Shown piece by piece: positions 1 to 9,038 of a stretch of DNA of 64,000 nt. The translations under genes were made by a program, and so were the position numbers. A model generated the notes under the pieces. That model had not been told where the DNA came from, did not search any database, and was given only the letters and a program-made list of their open reading frames with translations. How positions within the stretch are numbered: position 1 is the first letter of the stretch; every line of letters starts with the position of its first letter. This DNA is from Tortispora ganteri (taxonomy: Eukaryota). Location of the stretch: NCBI GenBank assembly GCA_003707115.1, contig PPNB01000001.1, positions 248,001 to 312,000 of the forward strand, written 5' to 3'.

Positions 1-874
1 GCCGTTTCTTTACACTTGCAGTACTAATAGCAGGAGGCGAATGAAGAAGAGGTGGAATCGCAGTCGGAGATTGAATCTCGCGTATTCGTTGTAAAAACAT
101 CTCTGTGTCGTTGATATGGCTTCGAGTAGACTTATATTTGGATGTGTACAATCGGATCTTGACAGTAAGTTCATCGATACTGTGTTGGATCGGTATAATG
201 TCGGTTTCTGACGACTCTTTAAACTTTTGTAGATCCGCTAACTGGATTTCTATATCTGCTAGTCTCTGTGTGATTAGTTCTTTCTCTTCCAGAAGATCTT
301 TCTCTTCATTTTCAATAAACTGAACTTCCCGCTGAGGCAGTTTCGATTTTTGCTCATTAAGTTCGCTTTCCATCATGGTAAGTTTCTGTTGAATTTCGCG
401 TTCCTTTTCGCGTTCATAGTTTATATATGTTACTAATAGAGCTTCCTTCTCATTTTTTTCGTTTATACTCACGGAATCAGGCCCTGCTTTTAATAGTTCC
501 TGCACCTGTGTCATATCGAACTCGTCGCTCGTCTGCTCAGGGGAATTTGTATGTGTTTGTTCACATTTTAAATGCTCAGCTGTAATAGAACGTTCAGATA
601 TAAATGGTAAACTATCACTTGGATCATAATCGTCAGAATTACTGGGTACATATTGAGCACTATTTATATTGCTGACCTGATTATGTGGATCGAGCACTTG
701 GAGTTGACTACTCCGTTCGTAATGTTCATTAGGATTGGCAAGGGCTGGCACTATTTTGCTTATCATCTCGACAAACTTTTCAGATATTCCAGATTCCTTG
801 ATTATGTAGTCTCTTGGAAATCCTGCCTTTTCAAGCGCCAAAAAGGCTTCAACTCCCTTGGCTATAGCTTCCAT
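1..874 (-). CDS. Partial (3'-truncated) uncharacterised coiled-coil protein
   Basis: Hand translation from ATG at 874 (MEAIAKGVEAFLALEKAG...) stays open for 291 codons to the window edge. E/K/Q/L-rich heptad-like segment (EREKEREIQQKLTMMESELNEQK). Absent from the ORF track because the stop lies outside the window. Confidence 0.8.
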   Translation of the reverse strand, partial: MEAIAKGVEAFLALEKAGFPRDYIIKESGISEKFVEMISKIVPALANPNEHYERSSQLQVLDPHNQVSNINSAQYVPSNSDDYDPSDSLPFISERSITAEHLKCEQTHTNSPEQTSDEFDMTQVQELLKAGPDSVSINEKNEKEALLVTYINYEREKEREIQQKLTMMESELNEQKSKLPQREVQFIENEEKDLLEEKELITQRLADIEIQLADLQKFKESSETDIIPIQHSIDELTVKIRLYTSKYKSTRSHINDTEMFLQRIREIQSPTAIPPLLHSPPAISTASVKKR

Positions 875-977
875 TTCGGAGAATCGCAATAGAGTTATTC
901 GTGGGGTTGTTAGGCAAATATGGTGCACGTCACACATGGTCGTCGTTATATCACTCAGATAATTAAGATCCATTTAG

Positions 978-984
978 TGACTCA
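978..984 (+). promoter_or_regulatory. Gcn4/AP-1-type site (gTGACTCAt)
   Basis: Exact TGACTCA core about 30 nt upstream of the CASTOR-like ATG. Confidence 0.45.
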
Positions 985-1014
985 TCTTCTTCCTTCCCCT
1001 GACGGACATATCGA

Positions 1015-2022
1015 ATGTCGAGCCATACGCATGTGCAGCTGTTCAACGAACCACATAGCATACTACATATAGCTAATGATCAGTTGAAGCTGTTTACTTA
1101 TTCTATCATCAATCTTTTGAAATCCGCAAAAGATGACGACGACTCCGAAGAAGATCTAACTACTGTGTCCATCACGCCTATAGAATCCACCGTGATATGC
1201 CCAACCAGATACATAAAAAAATTCTTTCAGCCTATTTTTGACTTATTAGGATCTCAGGACCGATCGCAATTGCTTGATGGTGATTTTTTCGCCATACAAG
1301 TCGACGGCGACGCCGGTCAAGCTGGATCACAAGTTCTGGCGCTCACCTCTCCTCTCGCAAATGCCAATATCCCTATTTTTTTCCTCACCACTTACTTCTC
1401 TGACTACGTCCTCGCACCTATGCAGTCCAAAAACACTGTTACAAAACTTCTAGAATCAAAAGGCTACATCTTCTATTCGATGTCCAACTCCTATATATCT
1501 GTCGCTTCTAGCAATGATTCGTCCGGTTCCGGCACTCCAAATCTGCACCCTATCTCCACTCCCCTAGTTGAAGCTCCCAATTTAAACAAGAATGCCACTG
1601 TACCTCATGCGCAAGCATCTCATAGAATATTGCTTACTTCTGCTCGTGCTGACCGCCTCGAATCATTCTATCTCTCTCTTATGGAACTACTCTGCAACCC
1701 TCCTACTTACATGTCGTTAGCTCTTGCTTCAATGTCAACACCGTCACTCATGATAGATGAACCTCTCGCAAAGGATCTTTTGAGCAAAAATATATTGCAA
1801 GGTGCTGACGGCGAAGTGCTGGTACCTTTGACCTTAGATCTTACTCACATGCCTGCCGATATATCTGGTGTCGTTTACTGGGTCGCTTCTCAGCTGGTGT
1901 CCTCTGACGGTTCTGGAATTCCTATGAGTTATCTGTCTACAGCCCTGGCCGGTACTGTTCTAGTGCCCGATACAGACCTAGATGCTGCTGTCGAGACGTT
2001 AAGGGCCGTTCGGAAAGACTAG
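1015..2022 (+). CDS. CASTOR/GATS-like ACT-domain protein
   Basis: Repeated ACT-like motifs: FFAIQVDG..GSQVLALTSPLANANIPIFFLTTYFSDYVL and LDLTHMP..SGVVYWVASQL..IPMSYLSTALAGTVLVP. Confidence 0.75.
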   Translation: MSSHTHVQLFNEPHSILHIANDQLKLFTYSIINLLKSAKDDDDSEEDLTTVSITPIESTVICPTRYIKKFFQPIFDLLGSQDRSQLLDGDFFAIQVDGDAGQAGSQVLALTSPLANANIPIFFLTTYFSDYVLAPMQSKNTVTKLLESKGYIFYSMSNSYISVASSNDSSGSGTPNLHPISTPLVEAPNLNKNATVPHAQASHRILLTSARADRLESFYLSLMELLCNPPTYMSLALASMSTPSLMIDEPLAKDLLSKNILQGADGEVLVPLTLDLTHMPADISGVVYWVASQLVSSDGSGIPMSYLSTALAGTVLVPDTDLDAAVETLRAVRKD

Positions 2023-2183
2023 ATCAAAATTATTTCCGTCGTTGGGACGCTCAACCGCCTCGACATTTAGATTTCCTCCATTTTCAGCCCTAGTGGGGCT
2101 CAGACACCTCCTCCCACTTTCCTTACTGCGTTCTACTTAACACCTACTGTTCGGAAACGCTACGTATTTATTAACGAAAAGAA

Positions 2184-3008
2184 ATGTATGTAGCCCTGAG
2201 ATGCCGCAGACAATTGCCAAAGACAATCGTACCCAACAGGTCTAGTTCAGTTTTTGCCAGGAACCGTAAAACCCGTATTATCAACAACGCCGTAATTCGG
2301 GACGAAGATTCTATCATAGAGCCTGATTCTCCAGCTTCAATGTTACTATCGCGACCTGCAATCATAGTCGAGAGACACCTCGAATTAGGTAATCTGGTGT
2401 TCAATTATGAGCAATTGAATAGATACACTCTCTACGACACTCATGGGCGCACCACAGGCATCATGGAGGAAGAAGATAACACCATTGTGAAGGCCCTTAT
2501 GAGACAAATATACCGGCTGCACCGGCCTTTCCTGGTATATGTATACGACACATTCGGAAACCATGCATTGACTTTTCGTCGCCCATTCGCATTTGTGAAT
2601 TCTCGAGTGCAAGTTTTCACTCCGGAGGGCATATGTGTGGGCGAAATACAACAGCGATACCATCCATGGAGAAGAAAATACGACTTATACACATACACTG
2701 GCCCGGGCCAGTTTGATCAGTTTGGTCAAATAGACATGCCTTTCTTATCCTACCGCTTCGACATCAAAGATGAGAATTCCAGCATACTTGGCATTGTGAA
2801 TCGGAACTGGGTTGGGCTTGGCCGAGAAATGTTTACTGACGTCGGCGTATATATACTCAATATGGACCATGCCGTCGAGGACGACCAAAGGGAGTCAGGG
2901 TCTGATTACATTCCACCTATTCCAATGACACTTGATCAAAGGGCTGTAATGCTTGGTTGTGCAGTTTCTATAGACTACGACTATTTTTCACGCCACTCTA
3001 ATGGATAA
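2184..3008 (+). CDS. AIM25: Phospholipid scramblase family protein (Aim25-like)
   Basis: RQIYRLHRPF, QQRYHPWRRKYDLY, GREMFTDVGVY and LDQRAVMLGCAVSIDYDYFSRHS motifs; basic N-terminus. Confidence 0.88.
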   Translation: MYVALRCRRQLPKTIVPNRSSSVFARNRKTRIINNAVIRDEDSIIEPDSPASMLLSRPAIIVERHLELGNLVFNYEQLNRYTLYDTHGRTTGIMEEEDNTIVKALMRQIYRLHRPFLVYVYDTFGNHALTFRRPFAFVNSRVQVFTPEGICVGEIQQRYHPWRRKYDLYTYTGPGQFDQFGQIDMPFLSYRFDIKDENSSILGIVNRNWVGLGREMFTDVGVYILNMDHAVEDDQRESGSDYIPPIPMTLDQRAVMLGCAVSIDYDYFSRHSNG

Positions 3009-3174
3009 ATTAGGTAAGGACCAGATATTATTTCAATTCATTTTGCATTTCCTTCAATACTTCGCCCCTCTGTCTGCCGCCGTTCGCATTGGGTATTTTT
3101 GTCGGGACAAAGGAACTTTCCTCTACTACATCATCATCACCCACCACATCAGCACAATCCTAATTTGAGACGCA

Positions 3175-4059
3175 ATGTCTGGATGGAACACTATTGAAAG
3201 CGATGCGGGAATATTGACGGAAATGATCGAAAGACTAGGTGTAAAAGGGGTGCAATTCCATGAAGTTTACTCCCTTGACTCACAAGAATTAATTGCATCA
3301 GGACCACTCTACGGGGCTATATTCCTATTCAAATATCAGAATGGCACTCACAGACAAGGAATATTTGACTATGAGTCAATTGAAACTAATAGTATATGGT
3401 TTGCGCATCAAACAATTCAGAATGCATGCGCGACAGTTGCGGTTTTGTCGCTACTTATGAACTCTTCTCACATCGACCTCGGATCGGAGTTGGAAGAATT
3501 TCGAAGTTTTACGAAAGAGTTTGACCCTACCCTACGAGGTGACTGTTTAACCAACTCAAATACTATACGAACTGTTCATAATTCATTTTCTAGACCTCAG
3601 CTTCTACTTGATGAAGAATCACATAACAAATCAACTGAAGACGCATTTCATTATGTCGCGTATTTACCAATTAACGGCAACCTTTACGAATTAGACGGAC
3701 TTCAAGAAGCCCCTATTTCACATGGCAAGTGCACTGAGTCAGAATTTGCTGAAAAGTTAATCACAGTAATTCAGAAGCGCATTCACTCATACGATTTGTC
3801 TGAACTGAGATTTTCTTTGCTGCCATTTATACGTGACAAACGGTTAAGGGAGGATCCAGACGATATAAACGAGGAGCTTGAGCGAAGAGAAGTTTGGAGA
3901 AAAGATAGCATTATGAGGTCTTTTGATTATAGTCCATTCATACATGAGCTTCTCAAAAGAGTAATCAGTGCAGATGGTCCCGATGATGAAGCGTGGAATA
4001 GGAAATTCGAACAGGCTCGGAATTCCGCATTCGCGAAACGTCGACCTCCCGGATTTTGA
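3175..4059 (+). CDS. Ubiquitin C-terminal hydrolase UCH37/UCHL5 (Uch2) type
   Basis: WNTIESDAG, QTIQNACAT (catalytic Cys), FHYVAY (His), YELDGL (Asp) and a C-terminal ULD-like helix. Confidence 0.9.
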   Translation: MSGWNTIESDAGILTEMIERLGVKGVQFHEVYSLDSQELIASGPLYGAIFLFKYQNGTHRQGIFDYESIETNSIWFAHQTIQNACATVAVLSLLMNSSHIDLGSELEEFRSFTKEFDPTLRGDCLTNSNTIRTVHNSFSRPQLLLDEESHNKSTEDAFHYVAYLPINGNLYELDGLQEAPISHGKCTESEFAEKLITVIQKRIHSYDLSELRFSLLPFIRDKRLREDPDDINEELERREVWRKDSIMRSFDYSPFIHELLKRVISADGPDDEAWNRKFEQARNSAFAKRRPPGF

Positions 4060-4099
4060 GAATATATTTATCGTAGATGAATATAAACGTGCTATTCGT

Positions 4100-5050
4100 C
4101 TAGGTTTCTAGTAAAGCATCAGTTTCGTCGCCATAATCATCGCCGGAATCAGCACCATATATCCAGAATTGTACAAAGATGACAAAGTCCAAAAGCAATG
4201 TACCAAATGATCCTACCAACCAGCTCGCATTGACAAGCAAATATCTCGGAGACGTATTATAAACGAGAATCGATATAACGTACATCAGATTTCCAATGCA
4301 TGCAAATAAGAAAAATAGAAAAGCTATACCGTCACATGATTTACGCCGATAGTTAAGCAATATCTGCGGTACTCTTGAGCCCAGGTACAATACAGCACAA
4401 AGCCAGCCAAACACCTGACCAAGAAAGTTCATAGCCAAATCGTCTGATCCATCGTCATCACCACCATTATTGTCATTGCCGCTGGCGAACGCAGTGGAGA
4501 TAAACCAACCTAGTGTCCCAGCCACAATCACCAGGAGCACGATCGCAGAATTACTAAGGATCATACGGGTAGTCGATGGTTTTGCTGATATGTCAGCTTC
4601 ATCTTCAATAGTGCCATAGTTTGAGGTGTTTGAGAGAACGGTTTCGATAGTTTCTTCAACGTTACTGATGTCCAACTCAGTTGGTACGCCGTCGGCTTGC
4701 AGATGTTGTAGCAGAGGAGTGGCAGGACTGAGATGACCGGGATCGACGCGGTTCGTTGATGCATTGTATATCAGTGCCTGTGCAAGCAAAATAATGTCAG
4801 CCAGAGTATAATATATGGCGAGTATTATCATAGTAGGCAGGAGTTTCTGCAGTATTGATCCCATCACATTAAAAATGTCACCGAGAAGCCATAGGACGAC
4901 AAACGTTATACTCAGTCCTTCGGCGGACTTCCTTCTAAAATTCTCATAGAGTTGAGGGCTAAAAACTATAATCCAACATAAAATAGAGATGGATCCAGTT
5001 ATGCCTGAAACAGCATATGCGTCGAGCACTACTGCTGGAGGAGGTGCCAT
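4100..5050 (-). CDS. PQ-loop vacuolar cationic amino-acid transporter (Ypq1/Ypq2/Rtc2 family)
   Basis: Two PQ loops (FSPQLYENFRRKS, SRVPQILLNYRRKS), about 7 hydrophobic helices and an acidic dileucine tail (DETDALL). Confidence 0.92.
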   Translation of the reverse strand: MAPPPAVVLDAYAVSGITGSISILCWIIVFSPQLYENFRRKSAEGLSITFVVLWLLGDIFNVMGSILQKLLPTMIILAIYYTLADIILLAQALIYNASTNRVDPGHLSPATPLLQHLQADGVPTELDISNVEETIETVLSNTSNYGTIEDEADISAKPSTTRMILSNSAIVLLVIVAGTLGWFISTAFASGNDNNGGDDDGSDDLAMNFLGQVFGWLCAVLYLGSRVPQILLNYRRKSCDGIAFLFFLFACIGNLMYVISILVYNTSPRYLLVNASWLVGSFGTLLLDFVIFVQFWIYGADSGDDYGDETDALLET

Positions 5051-6076
5051 TGTATTTTAGAAAAGTTAGAAGAATACAAGATCAAGTGAGTATATAGTTT
5101 ACTGCCTTACCCCGTATGGCACCTCCTCCCCACCTGCCATACTGTAGGCACTACATTATCGACTATCAACTGATGCTATGTAAATATAACAAAAGAGATA
5201 TGCTAGTAAAATAACTAACAATGAAGACCCATTAGAATAAATCTGCTTCTAAGATACCAGTTATCGTGCTAATCATACTACACTGCCCTCACAAATATTG
5301 TACAGTAACTCAAACTTTAATATTTGGGCATCAAAACGCTGTTACAGATTCATGATTTTCTCAAGCAATATTAGACATAAAAAATTACAATAGATAAGCA
5401 TGGTATAAAAAATTACTCATGAAAAAACATTTGTTAAAGCAAACAATGCTAAGCACTGGATATACAAGCTTCTGTCACTAATCTGGCTTAAACTCCAAGT
5501 ACACTTTATACATATAGGCATCTCAAGAAAGTCCGACTTCACAATTGATTCACCAGCTGCAAGTATTGCCGCTACTGGACGAGTTCTAGCTTGTCTCATA
5601 AATAGAGAATTGAATTCCTCTGGTATGAGGATTAAAAAACAGACAGGAGATCAAGATATCGTATGCCAGCTAAATCGGATGAGATGAATAGAAAATAATC
5701 ATCCTCTAAAGAGTGCATTCCTGTGAAATGAATATCAAGAAGTCCTTAGTTTGTTGACATTTGGACAAGACATTTTATTCTCGCTAATATAAAGTAGGAA
5801 AGATCATCTATTTCATTACCAGTGCCTATAGATATTCTAAATCCATAGATATTAGCCAGTTGCATGTAAGTCACCAGTTCCACAAATAGCATCAAAACTC
5901 CGCTATAGCGCTCTTGAAGACAGCTTGAGGTCAATCATTCATTCATTAACAACAATAGTAATAAAGCTACATAATATAAATATTGAACGTTACATTGTAA
6001 ATGAAATGCGATTAGATACCCCTCACTGAAAAGTTGGACAAGCGCGTAAGACCGTTTCAATAGGCTTACATTCTAA

Positions 6077-6084
6077 CCGGGTAA
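6077..6084 (+). promoter_or_regulatory. Reb1-type site CCGGGTAA (Cbf1-type CACGTG also at 6168-6173)
   Basis: Exact consensus matches upstream of SEC65. Another CCGGGTAA at 11372-11379 and CACGTG at 15022-15027 and 19081-19086. Confidence 0.4.
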
Positions 6085-6190
6085 CTCACACACATTCATC
6101 GATTTTTAAACCCTTCTGAACAAAAGACTGATTATAAGAATCGTCAATCGATCGCCAAAGGTATTCACACGTGATATAGGTGTTGCAAAG

Positions 6191-6841
6191 ATGGTCGAAA
6201 TTGAAGAAGTCGATGATATGGATTTCGATCCGTCGGATTTTATTGACGACCTGCCGCAAAACTTAACAGCTGTCTCATCTCCATCTGCCGAGCAAACATC
6301 TCCTATTTCGAATTCAGCTTCTACCCGGACAACTTCAGAGGATGAATATAAACAATGGGCTATTATTTATCCTATATATTTTGATGAATCAAGGTCGCAC
6401 GCTGAGGGTCGACGAGTGTCTAAAGATAGAGCTGTGAAAGAGCCGCTGGCTGCGACTATTGCACGGGGGGCCACCCAAGCTGGATGGAGAACAGTATTTG
6501 AACCTGATAAAACTCATCCGAAAGACTGGGCTAATCCTGGGCGAGTACGGATAGATCTATCCGGAGCGAAAAAGCTAAGCCCTCCAATAGTCTCAAAACG
6601 GCATTTATTGAACGTGTTAGCAAACTACTTAAAGTCGCATCCGTCAACAGAGAGAGATGCTCGAATTGTTAAAATAGAAGGCTTGAATGACATAGATGTA
6701 CACGCCATCGACAGCCCACGAGGCTGGAAGATACCTAAACTTGTTCCTAATATATCACCGGCGTTGAAGGGGCCAAGTATGATTGAAAATATGCCTAGTG
6801 ACATGGGAGATTTGGCTTCAATGATGAAAGCATTTCAATAA
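6191..6841 (+). CDS. SEC65: Signal recognition particle subunit Sec65/SRP19
   Basis: IYPIYFD..RSHAEGRRV and FEPDKTHPKDWANPGRVRI motifs. Confidence 0.93.
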   Translation: MVEIEEVDDMDFDPSDFIDDLPQNLTAVSSPSAEQTSPISNSASTRTTSEDEYKQWAIIYPIYFDESRSHAEGRRVSKDRAVKEPLAATIARGATQAGWRTVFEPDKTHPKDWANPGRVRIDLSGAKKLSPPIVSKRHLLNVLANYLKSHPSTERDARIVKIEGLNDIDVHAIDSPRGWKIPKLVPNISPALKGPSMIENMPSDMGDLASMMKAFQ

Positions 6842-8034
6842 TCTGATGGCGGAATATAATCGACATGTCGCTGTCCAACATCGCTCCAGTCTGTCGATAA
6901 TGTAGTACCTCCACTTTCATAATAGCTTTTCATCATTGCTCTCCGTGCGTCATCATCGGCGCCTTGGTAGAGGGCTTTGAAGAACTGTTCAGGGTCCGTT
7001 GCATTTTCAAGCTCATTTTCCGAATCATCTAATTCGGCGACTATCTTATCCCAATTTTTCTGGTTCTTTGGTTTGCTTGTTTGTGATTCTTTGGCAGTTT
7101 TGCTTTGTGGGACAGCATCAGGAGTTCTTCCAGCAGATTTTGTTACTGTCTGGTCAGACAACGGCGGTTCTTGTGCCAGAGGCCTTGAAGAAATGGAATG
7201 CGCAGATTCTGCGACTTTGGACGAACTTGGGTTTATTATAGGTGCGGAGTTCGATGTTTCTTGAGTCATTGGAGTAGTGCTCGGCGTCTCTAGATTCGTC
7301 CAGTTAATGGCCCCTTTGTTATTCGCGCATGTTGACAGTTCATATGACGGTATAGGTGTATGCACAAGATCCACCGACGTTACCAATGAAAGCGTGACAT
7401 GATTTTTCCTTTGAGTTAGGCCGTACCATTTAACGTTATAATTAGTCAAATCTATATTGTGGTATAACTCTCCAGGAAATTCCGAGCTGTATCGCCGAAC
7501 TCTGAGACGCTGCAAATCTGAATCTAGAATCAGAGCAAGATCGCGCGGAATTGCGTAGAATACCATATTGATCATTATCTTTCCATTGTCATATGATTGG
7601 AATGTGTAGGCCTTAAACAATTCCTTGCGTCTAGGGACAGAAGGGGGTCCATACTTTACAGTCTTTTTTTTGATCTTATTCATCCACGTCATTAGTGGAA
7701 TATTAGTTATATTGTACAACTTAGCGGTCCTTTCTGCCAATTCAAAAACAGTCTTGTGGCGAGGGTCTTCCAATGCGTACAAACAAGCAGCTTCTCTTGT
7801 TAGACAGTCAATTTCAACATTTGGTAGATTTTGTTCTCGGGCAAATCTTATAGCCTTTGAAGCATAATCCAAAGCTCCATATAGATCATTTTGTCTATAC
7901 AGCAACTGTGCTTTCAGTTCAATCATTTCAACATTTGACGGATTCAAATTTAGGTAATGCGAAATAATAACATTTGCATGCTCATATTGTTTATTGTTTA
8001 TAAGATTTTTGCAAAATTTCAGCTCATCAGACAT
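6835..8034 (-). CDS. SGT1: Sgt1 co-chaperone (TPR - CS - SGS)
   Basis: C-terminal SGS domain (KNWDKI..FFKALYQGADDDARRAMMKSYYESGGTTLSTDW) and TPR-like N-terminus; the CS region looks diverged. Confidence 0.9.
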   Translation of the reverse strand: MSDELKFCKNLINNKQYEHANVIISHYLNLNPSNVEMIELKAQLLYRQNDLYGALDYASKAIRFAREQNLPNVEIDCLTREAACLYALEDPRHKTVFELAERTAKLYNITNIPLMTWMNKIKKKTVKYGPPSVPRRKELFKAYTFQSYDNGKIMINMVFYAIPRDLALILDSDLQRLRVRRYSSEFPGELYHNIDLTNYNVKWYGLTQRKNHVTLSLVTSVDLVHTPIPSYELSTCANNKGAINWTNLETPSTTPMTQETSNSAPIINPSSSKVAESAHSISSRPLAQEPPLSDQTVTKSAGRTPDAVPQSKTAKESQTSKPKNQKNWDKIVAELDDSENELENATDPEQFFKALYQGADDDARRAMMKSYYESGGTTLSTDWSDVGQRHVDYIPPSDY

Positions 8035-8135
8035 TGTGGTAGGTTGGCAGTTGCTATATAATAAATCGTCTCAAACTCACAATGGTCACCACCTATCACC
8101 CCTGCTGTAATTGCACCCGGATCATAACTTCCAAC

Positions 8136-9038
8136 ATGTTTCGGATGCTTCACAGATCTATCAGCACTACTGCGTATTTGCGCGCTCCAAAAACTAATCT
8201 GAGAAGAATTAGTGAACAGATATTAGAGAATGTTCAACCTAGTACTACAGTTTCAGTATGCGAAGCCTACAACATCGCTAAAGTCCCTACCCTCTTACCA
8301 GGAAAGGAACTTGTCCCTGGTGAGGTATTTCTACATGAATACGAAAACAACAAGGACGTTTTAATCCTCAGTAATGGTTCGATTTCTGCTTGGGGTCTGG
8401 AAGAAGACAAAACATATAAGCTAGCCAAGAAACTAAAAAATGCCGAGATTAATTCTTATTCGCATATTGAATCCGAAGACATTGATTTCTTGGAATTTAA
8501 TGAGCCTGGAGAAAGTCATATTGTTAGCGACTCGATAATAATTTTAGGTAAAGATGAACGGTCTCGTGTTCTCCAAAAAGCTGCTTTTTCTTCGGGAATA
8601 TCTAGAAGCACTAAACTTGCTGTCATAGAGTATAACGTCGAAGAGTTCATATTATTAATCCGTCCCATTACAGAGGCAATGGCCTCTGGTGGTGAGCTTT
8701 CCATATCTGAATCAGAAGCTCTACGAACTATCGGTAAACTATTAAAGCTAAGAGGTCAGTTAAATCTTTATTCAGAGCTCACAGAAACGCCGGACCTATA
8801 TTGGTCAGCTCCGGATCTAGAGTCATCATATAAACTGATATCAAAAACGCTCGACATAGGCCCGAGAATTGCAATACTCAATAAAAAAATTGATTATGCC
8901 AGTGAAGTAGTCAGTTTTCTAAAGGCTCATGTCAGTGAAAAGAAGAGCACTCGTCTAGAGTGGATGGTTATACTGCTCATTTGCGTCGAAGTCTGTTTCG
9001 AAATAGAACATCTACTCGAAAGGTTTATGTTTGAATAG
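8136..9038 (+). CDS. DUF155/RMD1-YagE family mitochondrial protein (Mrx10-like)
   Basis: AFSSGISRSTKL, RGQLNLYSELTETPDLYW and RLEWMVILLI motifs. ATG 8136 (MFRMLHRSISTT) resembles a mitochondrial presequence; an in-frame ATG also lies at 8082. Confidence 0.85.
   Translation: MFRMLHRSISTTAYLRAPKTNLRRISEQILENVQPSTTVSVCEAYNIAKVPTLLPGKELVPGEVFLHEYENNKDVLILSNGSISAWGLEEDKTYKLAKKLKNAEINSYSHIESEDIDFLEFNEPGESHIVSDSIIILGKDERSRVLQKAAFSSGISRSTKLAVIEYNVEEFILLIRPITEAMASGGELSISESEALRTIGKLLKLRGQLNLYSELTETPDLYWSAPDLESSYKLISKTLDIGPRIAILNKKIDYASEVVSFLKAHVSEKKSTRLEWMVILLICVEVCFEIEHLLERFMFE

Noticed and set aside
5035..5110. Possible intron joining the uORF to the YPQ CDS (GTAAGG..TTCTAAC..CAG, minus strand)
   Set aside because: There is no AG between the branch-like motif and the main ATG, and the first AGs downstream give an out-of-frame product with an immediate stop.
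5526..6070. GAAAGTCC..GGCTTAC resembling RNase MRP/P conserved regions
   Set aside because: P4 pairing is only about 5 bp and no other conserved elements are evident; not supportable without a covariance model.
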